From Podarcis filfolensis (lineage: Eukaryota): a DNA stretch of 64,000 nucleotides. Location of the stretch: NCBI GenBank assembly GCA_964270895.1, contig OZ185437.1; one strand, given 5' to 3'. Below are positions 1 through 11,314 of this stretch, one piece after another (the first letter of the stretch is position 1; every line of letters begins with the position of its first letter). The translations under genes were made by a program, and so were the position numbers. The notes below the pieces were generated by a model that was given only the letters and a program-made list of their open reading frames with translations, ran no database searches and was not told the DNA's origin.

Positions 1-777
1 CAGCATTTTATCAAGCTTCTTATGCTATTAATCTCATGTATTTTTTTCTGTAATACTTAAATTCTAAGTGAATGTGCCCGAAGAATCATCCTTAAACATT
101 AAATATTCTGTGTGCTTATCCAAAGGGGGCTAACTTAGTCACCCCTCAAAGTCACAGTTGTTTACAGAGAAAACTACGGTGAGAAAATTAACTGTCAAAA
201 CATAGAAATCAGGCTTGGATTTGCCCTCTGAAAAGAGCAAAACAAAGGGCTCCGGGTCATCCATGTAGCTTTCAAAATCATTTTCTCCAAGACCTTAAGT
301 GAGTCTTTCAGGATAACGTCATCAGCCCAAGCTCCTGTCCAGCTTTATTTCCCTGGAGCTGGAGGTCTTTGACAAATGCATATCAACAATGGTTGGCTTT
401 TTTTCTTTTTAGGTCTTCTATTATTGTTTCCCTGATACTGAATTCCTTCTTTATCTTCTGTAGAGAGAGAGAGAAGGGCAAATTCCAAGAGGCCTTGTGA
501 TCGCTCAATGGACCCATCTTTGTCCATTCTGGAAAGAAGCTGGAGAAATCTGAATCTGATGGTGAACACGTTTCTTTTATGGGCTGTGCAAGCAAAGCAC
601 ACATGTGATGAGTGCTTTTCCTGGAAGTGGTGGGGAGGAAGCAGACCTGAGTTCACAGCAGCGCAGGAAGGTCAGGCCCACTCAAGACCAATTCTATTAA
701 GTTCCCAAGATTCTTAATATAGAATCTTAATATTCCAACAAATAATGGACACCACAATTACAAACAGCAAAACATTG

Positions 778-783
778 TTTATT
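778..783 (-). terminator. Putative MDN1 polyadenylation signal (AATAAA)
   Basis: Minus-strand AATAAA ~700 nt after the stop, followed by GU/U-rich sequence (ttttgctgtttgtaattgtggtgt); usage inferred. Confidence 0.55.
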
Positions 784-1485
784 AGTAATCACGACTGATG
801 CATAGCTTTTGCAATGAAAAAAATTGGGGGGGGGGCAGGGAATAGGAGACGACAGAAAGAGCCTTGGGCATGCTTTCAGGATACTAAAATGTGTTTATCA
901 CTATTTCCCTTGAACAGAGGGCAAAGTTCACAGTGTAAAATGATAACGCGGAGTCTTTCCCTAAAAAAACTACTCTTCCAGCATTATCATAAAACCAACA
1001 ACTGTTCGGCGACAGTTTCAAGTATTCAAGTAGGATTTGTGGTTGTTGTGGGTTTTTTTGGTTGTGTAAAATTCAACCCTTCCTCCAAACACAGGGTCCC
1101 ACTCACACATGTGACCCAAAGCAGACAAGTATTCTTTAATTATGGTTAATCATTCTAGTTGCAACTTCCTCTCAGAAGGAAACTAGTTTCTTACTACTAT
1201 AGAAAATAGTCCTGGGAGCCACTTATTTCTTAGTGATACAGAAATAAGAATAAATTATACAAAGAGTAAAAAATACAGGAGATGGTTTTCCACTGTTTTC
1301 AGATATAGGCAAGAAAGTGAACAATCTTTTAGTTCATCACGGTTTGCATAGTCTCCTGCACTGTTAAGGGGGAAAATGCATGTTATGTTAGTGTGTAATT
1401 TCTGGCCCGTCTGAACAGCAACTCAAATTTGCTGACGACCTTTGCCATTAACTGCCAACTATATGTTCCCATGACATGCCAAATT

Positions 1486-1674
1486 CTACACGTTGTCTGA
1501 ACCAGTCACCAGTTCAAACCACTGCCTCAGTGCGTCACTGAGGGTCTCTGGGAGGGCATTCACATCTCTCAGAATGATGTAGAAAGGAAAGGGAAATTCC
1601 TCCATGTATGACCTGATTTCTGGCAATTCCCCTGGGCCTTTGAACACAGGTACTTTAATGTCCAAGATGGAATC
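1486..1674 (-). CDS. MDN1: MDN1 terminal coding exon w73
   Basis: DSILDIKVPVFKGPGELPEIRSYMEEFPFPFYIILRDVNALPETLSDALRQWFELVTGSDNV*; TAG stop at 1486-1488. Confidence 0.97.
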   Translation of the reverse strand, partial: DSILDIKVPVFKGPGELPEIRSYMEEFPFPFYIILRDVNALPETLSDALRQWFELVTGSDNV

Positions 1675-2503
1675 CTGTGAATTAAAATGACAATATCAGA
1701 TACAGGACTACACAAGTAGCATTATGCAGCTGGGATCAATGAAAAAAGTTGCCTCCCTCAGACCTCATCTCTCACCAATCTCCTGAAAGAGTCAATTCAT
1801 TCTGTTTTCAAATGAGTGGATCGTAGCCTTTGCAGACAATCCTAACAATAGTTACTGAAGACTAAAGCAGGAGGTCACCAAGGGAGAGAATATTAGTGCT
1901 GATTTCAGGGCTGTCACCATACACTACTTGTAGCTTTTTTACTACTCCATGTGGTCTTTTATAGCATAGTCTCCATGCACAAATTGCTGCCTGTGATTGG
2001 AAATAAACTTAGCACAGTAGGAATACTAAATGCCAGTATTGTGGCAGGGAATGTCAAGACAAAGATGCTCGCAGAACTTTGTTCCTTGATCTAGAACCTG
2101 CAAAGTCAGGCTGAGAATAACCTGAGCTGGACCTCCAATGGAAAGGGACTTGTTGCTTTCCTCACCAAGGTGAGAGGCAGAAGAAGCTGGATTTAAATAT
2201 CAAAAAAACTATTTTGCAGGAAAGGTAGTCAGCAATTAACTCTGGAAGTTTGTAAACATTAGGCAATTTTTCTTATTAGCAAAACGAATGTTGAAGGCAA
2301 GAACCAGAAATAAGTGCAGATGAAAGTAGATTTTTCCTATTAGTATGAAACCTCAGCTCCCAAATCTATGGTTGGCAGGAAGCTTGACCAGTTTAATAAA
2401 GTTTTTCATATACAGGATGCCTTGGACCTATTTTAAACCCAACCAAGGTGATTTTTCCACCCAGTTAAAAGTGGTACAATTATCTGATGGTTCATTTACT
2501 CAC

Positions 2504-2646
2504 CCGTGAATTAGGGTTGTCCAACACTACAAAAATGACGAAGATATTTGCATTCTGAACAGACTGAACAGCTGCCGTGACACGTTCTTTGCCTTCGAGA
2601 AAAAGACCTCTTCCATCTGACACTATTAGGAGTAGCTGAGCAGTTT
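2504..2646 (-). CDS. MDN1: MDN1 exon w72 (MIDAS)
   Basis: TAQLLLIVSDGRGLFLEGKERV...VVLDNPNSR; TAG/GTGAGT. Confidence 0.96.
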
Positions 2647-3199
2647 CTATTGAGAAAGGCATGTTTTCAGTTTTAGCAAACAAAACTAGAAAAAGGGTAC
2701 ATATTCAGTCTTACTAACATTTTCTATTACTTTAACATACAAGCGGACATGAAAGCCAGCCCCAAGAACATAGTTTTATGTATAAAAATAGTACAAAATA
2801 CATCCCTGAATGGGATGTGAAAGCTTTGCTTCCCAAAATTGGGACACGAAATTTAAAGTAAGACAATCAATGCTTATGAATGTTTTAAAAGCAGCAGGAA
2901 GAAACACCCCCACTGTCCAGTAGTAGTACCAACAAAGAAGAAACAAGAATTAAAATATTAATCTGAGAAGAGCTCACAAAGCTAGCCCAATCATGTCTTG
3001 TCACAAGCAAGTCCTACCCAATAATGGAGCTTACTCCCCACACACGTTGGGCTAGGATTTCAGCCTTATTTACTAACAATTGCCGTTTGTGTATTCAGCA
3101 TTCTGCCAAGACAGCCACGCTCCTGATAAATCCAGTGAAGAACTATTTCGACTACCATGCCTAACTTGTTTGTATACAAAAAAGGAGGGGGGAACTCAC

Positions 3200-3263
3200 C
3201 TGGATTAATGCTTTGAGAGAACTGCTGTGCTGCAGCAAACATATTTGTTGAGGATTCTAGGAA
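3200..3263 (-). CDS. MDN1: MDN1 exon w71 (MIDAS)
   Basis: FLESSTNMFAAAQQFSQSINP; CAG/GTGAGT. Confidence 0.95.
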
Positions 3264-3672
3264 CTGTAGATAAGCGAGAGAATATATGTGCATCAGCTGT
3301 GAGCTAACAATTTCTTTTCTAAGACAACTGTTCTACAGAAATGAATGGGAATGCAAGTTGAGAACTGCAGCCTAAGGTTGTGAACTCAAAATAGACTTAA
3401 AATTATTACGGCAGCCACATTATTTCCTTGGCTGTTTTGAAGAGGCTGCAGTAAACACAAGACTGCACCATTCTTTTTTGTTACAAGCAATATACCAGGC
3501 TAGTGCAGAGACAAGACCATTTTCTTCTTGTAACATTCTAAGGACAAACTGGACAGGAAAGTAAAAGAACTAACCTAAGAACACCCTTAGCCTGGCACAA
3601 TAGTTATTTAAATACAACATTAGGAACTTTTAATGAAAAAAGGCAGCCGCACTCATCCAAGATGAGAGATAC

Positions 3673-3787
3673 CTGAGCTATTTTAGTTTTCTTTTGTTCA
3701 AATTTGCACAGCTGGAGTATTCTCGTTCCCGACTGGTCATTGAATTGTTCATGGAATGGGTGTAGCAGCTGAACAGCCTCTCCAAAA
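3673..3787 (-). CDS. MDN1: MDN1 exon w70 (MIDAS)
   Basis: FGEAVQLLHPFHEQF...FEQKKTKIAQ; CAG/GTATCT. Confidence 0.96.
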
Positions 3788-3877
3788 CTGAAATAAAATG
3801 AAACGTTTTAAAACAGTGCAGTGAGCAGGAGTAAAAAGATTTCTATGACGACAACTCTGGCTTTAAAATAGCCTTAC

Positions 3878-3951
3878 CTGCACACAGCAATTTGTCCCAC
3901 TTCTAAGAGAGACAAAGCATTTCCAATCACTGCCAGGGATTCATAAGCAAG
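3878..3951 (-). CDS. MDN1: MDN1 exon w69 (MIDAS)
   Basis: LAYESLAVIGNALSLLEVGQIAVC; TAG/GTAAGG. Confidence 0.96.
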
Positions 3952-4499
3952 CTATAGAAAACAAATAAAAGTTTGAGTCTGTTGTATATCTACGTGAAGT
4001 ACATAGAATTCACCACAGAAGTTAACGAACTGCAAAATTCCAAAACTGCTTCATGCATTTGTCATGGACCGAAAATGCACTGTGATATGTGATACTATCA
4101 GAAAAGCAAAGGAATTAGAAAATGGAATGATATACCCCTGCAATGCAATCTGCACTTGCTTGTAACTTTCCCCCCTAGGTGAAACTTTCCCCACTGCTAA
4201 ACTCCCTGCTGCAGGGAAAGAAATGCATGCTCGTCCATCACAGCCATATGATTACCCCCCCTATATCCCTGTCGCTATCCCTGACCTTGTTAAACAAGCA
4301 TCTGGTGTTAAGTAAATCCCATGGTGGCAGACAGAGGGAAGCAAACAGTAGCAGCCATGCTGACAAGAGAGAAGGAACAGCAATGAGGTGGGGAAATGCC
4401 TTCTGTATAGTTAAACTGCAAGTCTGATGCGTGAAAGATTAATGCTGAATTCATTCATATAAGACTTTTAAGTTGGCTTCTTCACCATTTCTGTTTTAC

Positions 4500-4674
4500 C
4501 TGCTTAGAGTGGTTGTCTACCATACTGGCAGAGTCATCAAGGGCCAAGCAGATCTGGTACTGCCTTTTGCTGGGCTTGGTCCTCCGTAACCAAATTTTAT
4601 CTTTTCGGAACTGGCTTGCAACATATGGAATTACTTTGCGCATGTTCAGCCTTTTTCCTGTTCGATAATCACCT
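4500..4674 (-). CDS. MDN1: MDN1 exon w68 (MIDAS/VWA, DxSxS motif)
   Basis: GDYRTGKRLNMRKVIPYVASQFRKDKIWLRR...LDDSASMVDNHSKQ; CAG/GTAAAA. Confidence 0.97.
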
Positions 4675-5333
4675 CTGGTAGTTAAGAAGAAAAGGCACAA
4701 TATTAACAGTAACACAGTTGCTGGGGGAGGAAAAAACAACTTGGGATATCCTTTCAAGAAAGTATTTTACATGAACTGGTAGATAATGAATAGCCAAAAA
4801 TAAGACAGCTTTTTCGGGCATCAAGATTCATTACTTGCACACCTATGTAACTGTCCTGATATTTAGAGGAGCCAGGCCTATTTGCATATTGCTTCTTATT
4901 TTGCATAATTTATTTCGGTTTCACATGGGTGGGTCAAAGGCACCGAATTTCCCCTCTGAGATTTCAGCAGGCAATGCCTACAAAGGCTGGACATGTTTCC
5001 TTTCAGGGAAAAATAAGCTTCTCCAGAATCTTTTAATATGGAACTTGCTACTAAACCTGCGTGGAAATCCACTTGTGTTGGGAGGAGAGCAGGAAGGTGA
5101 TTTTCTGCCAATAATTCCTCCTCCACCCTCTGCAAAGCTGCTCTAGGAGGTTGAATGACTCCCCAGAGCAGCAGGAGAAGCAGCATGGGCAGATGCAGGA
5201 GAAATTGGCAAAAATATGCTCCTTTCCTCTTTCCTCCAACACTGGAAACCAGCCATCCCTGTGAATGAAAGGAGCTCTTTTGTTCATGATACGGTTTGAT
5301 CTGGAGAAGTGTCCATATCAAACCATATCAATG

Positions 5334-5449
5334 AGGGATGGTGGCCTGCCAGACATGGTTGGACTACAACTCGCCTCAGGCAGCATGGCCAATGGTCAGG
5401 CATAATGGGAGTTGTAGCAACGACATTTGAACACTGGCTCCCCATCCCT
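5334..5449. mobile_element. Short palindromic non-autonomous DNA element (squamate 'ggactacaactccc...gggagttgtag' MITE type)
   Basis: Terminal inverted AGGGATGG/CCATCCCT and internal inverted core; related copies at 14444, 47171, 47487. Confidence 0.55.
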
Positions 5450-5864
5450 ACTACATACTTTTCTTCATGCATACATGCAAACTACACACATGTACCTCTG
5501 ATGAAGTGGACTTTTGTCCACAAAAAGCTTATACTATAATAAATGTGATACAACGGTCTTGTTTTTGCAACAGACGAATATGGCTACACCTCTGGAAATA
5601 GTGGCCTGTGTCAAATCAAAACCTACAGCGCTTTAACTTTCAAGGTACTATGTAAAATGAATGACTTAACAAACACATTTACACCACACATAATGCAACA
5701 GGCAGTCTAGAATCACTTTGATTTCTTGCCATTGACTCCAGCGGGAAGTGAATGATACATCCTATAGTAACAATATGCTAAAGCAGTTCTAGCTGGAAGA
5801 TGGCTTGGGTGCCAAATCGCGATGTATGGGGCTCTGCTTTTATTTTTACAGTGACCCAACTTAC

Positions 5865-5980
5865 TTCAGCTTGGCTGCCTGAGTTGGCTCCAGTATGAGT
5901 CTCAGCTGCTCACAGAGCTGCTGTGAAAGTGGTGCAGTGAGGAGGAGATATCTCTGCCACATCTCTGCTGCTGCCTTTTC
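5865..5980 (-). CDS. MDN1: MDN1 exon w67 (pre-MIDAS)
   Basis: EKAAAEMWQRYLLLTAPLSQQLCEQLRLILEPTQAAKL; CAG/GTAAGT. Confidence 0.96.
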
Positions 5981-6422
5981 CTGCAACATTAAGATAAAAA
6001 AAACCCATATAATTTTTGTTAGTAAAGTTAAAAGCCCAGAGAATTAACCCTTTTTATACATAAATCCCTTTCCCAAGTACAAAACCTAAATAATTCAGGA
6101 TATATCAGTTGCAAATACTTTTATAGCAATGCTTTTAAAAATAATTCTTGTTAGAACTTTCGAGTATAGCTTTGTCTTAGCATCCTGTGGTACAAACTGA
6201 TCAGCTGCTAAGGGTCTTTATATGTATAATTGCTGTCCATGTATTGCAGAAGATTATCAGCATCTACAATTCTGCTCCTTGCTCTGTAGTGATTAAGCAG
6301 TACCAGAACCCAATATTTAACATGGCTTTGGAAATAATGTGTTAATATTCCATTTATATTCAATAAATACTTTCCAAAAGAATTATGCAAGTGTATATTG
6401 CTTGACTGAACGATTCACTAAC

Positions 6423-6503
6423 CTCAGTAGCATTTCCACGCTGCCAAACTTCCAGTTGCATCTCTAGTTCTCGTCTTAGCTCTTCAGGATCCTTAACAAT
6501 GCA
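6423..6503 (-). CDS. MDN1: MDN1 exon w66
   Basis: CIVKDPEELRRELEMQLEVWQRGNATE; AAG/GTTAGT. Confidence 0.92.
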
Positions 6504-6569
6504 CTTAAAATAACAAATTGGAATTTGAATCAAACAATATGGACAGGTACTTTAGAATGACATACTTGC

Positions 6570-6602
6570 TACATACATACATACATACATACATACATAC
6601 AT
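6570..6602. repeat. (TACA)n microsatellite, left of SINE
   Basis: Direct reading. Confidence 0.95.
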
Positions 6603-6604
6603 AA

Positions 6605-6955
6605 AAAGGTAAAGGGACCCCTGACCATTAGGTCCAGTCGTGACCGACTCTGGGGTTGCGGCGCTCATCTCGCTTTATTGGCCGAGGGAGCCGGCGTACA
6701 GCTTCCAGGTCATGTGGCCAGCATAACTAAGCCGCTTCTGGCAAACCAGAGCAGCGCACGGAAACACTGTTTATCTTCCCGCCAGAGTGGTACCTATTTA
6801 TCTGCTTGCACTTTGACGTGCTTTAGAACTGCTAGGTTGGCAGGAGCAGGGACCGAGCAATGGGAGCTCACCCTGTCGCAGGGATTTGAACCGCCGACCT
6901 TCTGATCGGCAAGTCCTAGGCTCTGTGGTTTAACCCACAGCGCCACACGCGTCCC
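6605..6955 (-). mobile_element. Sauria SINE, full length
   Basis: tRNA-like head GGGACGCG..TGGCGCTGTGGG, B box GGTTCAAATCC, characteristic body, ACCTTT tail. Confidence 0.93.
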
Positions 6956-6978
6956 TACATACATACATACATACATAC
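6956..6978. repeat. (TACA)n microsatellite, right of SINE
   Basis: Direct reading. Confidence 0.95.
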
Positions 6979-7821
6979 CTCCAAAAGCAAACTTTAAAAA
7001 AACCCACCACATAACACATCCCTTATTTTTTTAGGAGAACTTTTAGTGTTCTGGACCACTGGATAGCAACAATTAAGGAGAAATTTTAAATTTACTTTTC
7101 TACTCATGGCAAAAATTTATGTGCATGCAGCATATTAACTGTACTTATCTCCTCTCTGAACCACATGACCAAGCCCAAATCTGATTTATCTCCTTGTATG
7201 CTGGGGGTCTGGAGGAAAACAGAGATCCTCACATCCAGCTGCAAATATCTCCATGACTCGTATTTTCTAAATTTCCCCCATCCATCGAGGGAAATCTCCA
7301 TGCAGATGCAAGTTTCTGCATGAATTTACTGAGGTGGCTCAGATTGTGCACATGTAAAGCTACCAGAGCTGAATCTCTGCAGAGAGCATGTTGCCCCCAA
7401 ACTCAAGGATTTCCAGCCCTCCAAATAAGTAATCCGTGTTGTCAAAGCTGAGAGTGTTGACTCGATTATAGAAAGTCCCACCTACAGGCAGCTCACTTAC
7501 ACATGCATTTTGAGGCCACAAGATCTGAGTTTCAACTTGTCATTTAATAAAAGCCATCTACTTTGATGTAGGGGGAAACCTGCTTAAGTAATGTAGATCA
7601 GATGTATACCTTCCTTTCTCTAGTATCTCACAGTCATGTGATCTTCCTATCCCAGTCTCTACCATATGTATATGGAGATCCTTCCTCAGTGGAACCTAAA
7701 TATTGATTCAGAGCAAGAAACTAATTTGGCGATAAACTAAAATTACAAAAGCACTGTATCCTGGAGATATTCACATCAATCAACACATCCTATTTATTTA
7801 ATAGCACAATTGGTAGTTTAC

Positions 7822-7976
7822 CTGGATGGAGGTATCCCTCAAGAACTGATGGGCAGTATGTATGGTAGAGTTTTTGTCTCTGTCCGGCTTTACTTCCGGA
7901 GGCGATTTTTCTCTTCCACGCTCTTCGTCTTCTTCAGAATTGAGGGCTTGGCTGTCCAACTCGACCTCCTCGGGTC
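7822..7976 (-). CDS. MDN1: MDN1 exon w65 (D/E-rich)
   Basis: PEEVELDSQ...STIHTAHQFLRDTSIQ; TAG/GTAAAC (absent from ORF track). Confidence 0.92.
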
Positions 7977-8439
7977 CTATCGTTGAATAAATGACATGCT
8001 TGCTTCACACATTTTCAGGGCCATTAGCAAGCACACTACTAACCTCCGGGTATAGGGTGGTATATAAATTCAATAAATAATAGTAACTCTTTTCAGGAAC
8101 TGGCCCTTCACTTGGTTACAGTGGTGTGAGGGGAAGACAAGAGGCTGCGCTTGCTGGCTCTGCCACTTCTGGGAGTAACATCTGAAGTGGAGAGCCTGCC
8201 ACAGATGCATAAACTCCCCATGCATGGTAACAGGATTAAAATCATATATGGCACAAGCAGGCTCCTTGTAGGGGACCTTGGCTCCCCACAACATGTGAGC
8301 AGTAGGGGCAGGGTGGGTGAGTCAGAGCCAGGGAGCAAATAGTATGCCCCAAAGGCACTAAAGGACTGTTTTCAATTGAAATGAAGAAATTATTCCCGAA
8401 GAATAAAATTCTTTTAAAGATAATGAGCTGGCAATTTAC

Positions 8440-8613
8440 CAGATTTAGCAGCACTAGGTGCCTTTAATTCTGGATTCAGTTTCTCCGCCTCTACCGTTCT
8501 AAGATCCTCATCTTTCTGAGCTTCTGTTTCCATAGCTACATCTTCAGAAACTGGTTCTTCATTGTCTTCAGTGACAGGCATGGTTGTTTTCTGTTGCTCT
8601 TCACTAGCTACAT
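8440..8613 (-). CDS. MDN1: MDN1 exon w64 (D/E-rich)
   Basis: VASEEQQK...EKLNPELKAPSAAKS; CAG/GTAAAT. Confidence 0.92.
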
Positions 8614-8779
8614 CTGGTGGAAACATAGCCAAAATCAAACCAAAATCTTGCAACTCTGTGCTGTTCTCCCATGTCACCAAACTAACAGTCATCAATAACT
8701 ATAAAGTTTTAACTTGACACCCGAAGCACTTGAAAAGGGGGGGGGGGCAACAATAATTCAGAGAGTGAGATAAATATTG

Positions 8780-9015
8780 TAATTTCCATAGCGTTTGAGA
8801 ATGTTCAAAGTACTTCACCTGCATTATCTTACACTCTTTAAAACCTTCAGGTAGGGTCAATGTCACCATTCCCATATTGCTAATGGGGAGAAGAGAGTGA
8901 TGGGGGAGAGAGAACTGTGCCTAAAGCCTCTTAGTGAGGTCATAGCAAAGGTAAACTTTAAACTGAGGATTTCCCCATTCATAGCTCTGCCTCCTACCCA
9001 CCTCGCTATGACCTA
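8780..9015 (-). mobile_element. Degenerate CORE/MIR-like SINE
   Basis: Resembles CORE-type motifs (aaagtacttcacctgcattatct...cccatattgc); heavily diverged; family assignment tentative. Confidence 0.35.
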
Positions 9016-9403
9016 GCACCTAGGTGAATGAGATGAGATGAATGAAGAATTTATGGCAACCACAATCTCCTGCAGTCTAGGCTAGAAAGCTAGAAAATAC
9101 CTTCGTAGGGATTTGTTTTTTAAAGCTTCAACTGATTTAATGTGGAGAAATAAAACATGGCTGCCTATTAAGTTTAAAAATGAAGCCACGCAAAGTGAAC
9201 TATGAGAGAGAAGCAAACGCAAGTTCCTTGAAAAATTCCTTATCTAAATCCTTTCCCCAGCGTTAAGCTACGCAAACCAAATCTAACATTGCTTTTACTT
9301 CAATAAAGAATGTGTGCTCATTTTCCTGTAAGCGGAGGTTTAGTGGTACAAAGGATTTAAAATTGTCTGTCCCTCTGACATCACTGTGCGAATGCTGGCA
9401 TAC

Positions 9404-9605
9404 CATAGGTCTGTGCATCGTAGGCTTCGCTGCCTTGCTTAATGTGCTCAAAGGCATCAGCTTCTCCCATGTTTCGTTCTGGCGGAACCTGCTCCTGTTC
9501 TGCTTCGCTGCTGGATTCAACAGTTTTCAGCCGCTTGTGAACTTGTTGACTGTGATCCCCCGTTGAGCGCTCATTGTTGGCTTGGCCAGGCTTTCTCTTA
9601 AAACT
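9404..9605 (-). CDS. MDN1: MDN1 exon w63 (D/E-rich)
   Basis: SFKRKPGQANNERS...ADAFEHIKQGSEAYDAQTY; CAG/GTATGC. Confidence 0.95.
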
Positions 9606-10064
9606 CTGAAAAATGGGCAAGGACAGCAATGAAATTTCAATGAGGTTCGGAAAAACCAAAGTCAAGACTCAGAAGCTCGGTAACTTATCACACTGCCCAC
9701 TAGAACAAACCTGCAGTATCAAACCAAAATCCTATCTAGGTAAGCATTTTGTTTTCACAGCAGACAGCCAGGTGCCTGTTCAAAGCCCACAAGCAAAACA
9801 TGAGTGCATTAGCAGCCTCTGATACTGGGGGAAATATAAACATCTTTAAAAAAATGTGGGAAAATTTGCATTTAAATATGAATTTCTAAATGTACTCTCT
9901 CCAAAGATGTATTTTAAAAAGCAGCTGGGAACTGCTTAAGAGCATTTGGGATGTACTACAGCTGCTGAGTAATTTCTGATCCAGGCATTAGTCCAGGAGG
10001 TGCAGAAAAGGTCATATAAAAAAGCTAGCTCACAATTTCTGTAATCTATGCAAGAATAAAAGAC

Positions 10065-10166
10065 CTGTGTATTTTTCCTGCTCTGTTTCTGACTGGCCAG
10101 TCGTGCCATTAACTCAGATTCGTGTCCTTCTGACTGATCTGCATCAGCAGCTCCAGTTCCATGTTC
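10065..10166 (-). CDS. MDN1: MDN1 exon w62 (D/E-rich)
   Basis: EHGTGAADADQSEGHES...SRKNTQ; CAG/GTCTTT. Confidence 0.92.
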
Positions 10167-11152
10167 CTGAAGAAAGACAGACAAACCACCAAAGTTAAGT
10201 CTTCTGCTAAAACGTAGAACACACAGTTCCACACTCATCTGAGAATAATGCAGTGTCTTCAGAACACAGAAGCATACCCGACAGCACTTCTAAGAAGAAG
10301 CCTGTGTGTAAATTCTGACACTGCAGAAAACCCCAAGGCTAGTTAGTGAAACATGGTCAATATGCTTCGACCACAGGGTTGGAAAAAATCCTTGGGGACA
10401 GCAGCAGGTAACAGAAGGGAGGAGAGGCGATTTCTGCCCATTTCCTTCTCCCCGCCGCACATGCCTTGCAGTTCCCAGCACCCCAAATATTAGTGCTGTA
10501 GATTCAGGGGACCTTCCAGGACAGTGTGGGAGTTGATATAGGGGGTAGTAGCTCTGTTCCTGGGTGAGGAACCACTGGAGGTAGGTGTACTATATGAAGT
10601 TTAGTTGAAGGACTCTGGCCTGAGTGGCAGGAAGAGTCAAGGCACTCTTGGACACCTCTTGCACACCAGACCCTGGGAAGGTAGCGTGGCAGATGCAAAG
10701 GGAAGGGTGAATCAACAAATGCTGCCTCCCTGCTTGCACTTAGGGTCACAGACTGCTCAGTGTGTATGGCCATCACATATATTGTTCTCCTTTAGTATGA
10801 GACTGCCCCAATGGGATCTGTGATTTGTGCACACGATTAACAACTGAGGGAATCGAGCAGCAGAAAACAGTGGCTGCTGGCCCTGTGTGTTGTGATATAT
10901 ATGAGCATCTCTTACGTCCATTTAAGCATACAGAATTAGCTTCTGGCTTAAGCAGTCCAGCTACTGAGATTTATTGGGGGCGGGGAGAGAGCAGGGAGAC
11001 AGTCATGTGCCTCAAAAGCCTTGTATTTACCCAGAGAGGAAAAATCAGCAGCAGTGAGACAAGCCTGAAAGTTAAGTGCTTTAGAAGTTTTCCCCCCTCC
11101 AAAGTATGTTCCGCATAATACAAAAGGTACTGTGGGATTTTCCCTGCTTCAC

Positions 11153-11314
11153 CTCTTTCGCCTGGTCCTTTTCAGAAGCAGTTCCAGCCAGCTCCACAGC
11201 CGTGTCGCTCTGCAGGTTCTCCTCTCCTGCCTGCCCGTAAGTTTCATGTTCCATTCTCTCAATAGCATCAGGCAGCTCCTCGTCCTTGTCAGGGTTATTG
11301 ATATCCTCCTCTTC
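11153..11314 (-). CDS. MDN1: MDN1 exon w61 (D/E-rich)
   Basis: EEEDINNPDK...AVELAGTASEKDQAKE; TAG/GTGAAG. Confidence 0.92.

Noticed and set aside
1-720. Neighbouring gene (LYRM2/ANKRD6 expected from human synteny)
   Set aside because: No frame resembles LYRM2 or an ankyrin protein as I recall them, and there is no CpG-island promoter. Treated as 3' flank.
3666-3672. U12-type donors (GTATCT here and at 46663)
   Set aside because: They read GTATCTCT and GTATCTAT, not GTATCCTT, and their acceptors are ordinary U2 type.
6850-6955. tRNA gene
   Set aside because: It is the tRNA-derived head of a Sauria SINE, with no complete cloverleaf. The same applies at 42330-42434 and 51900-51957.
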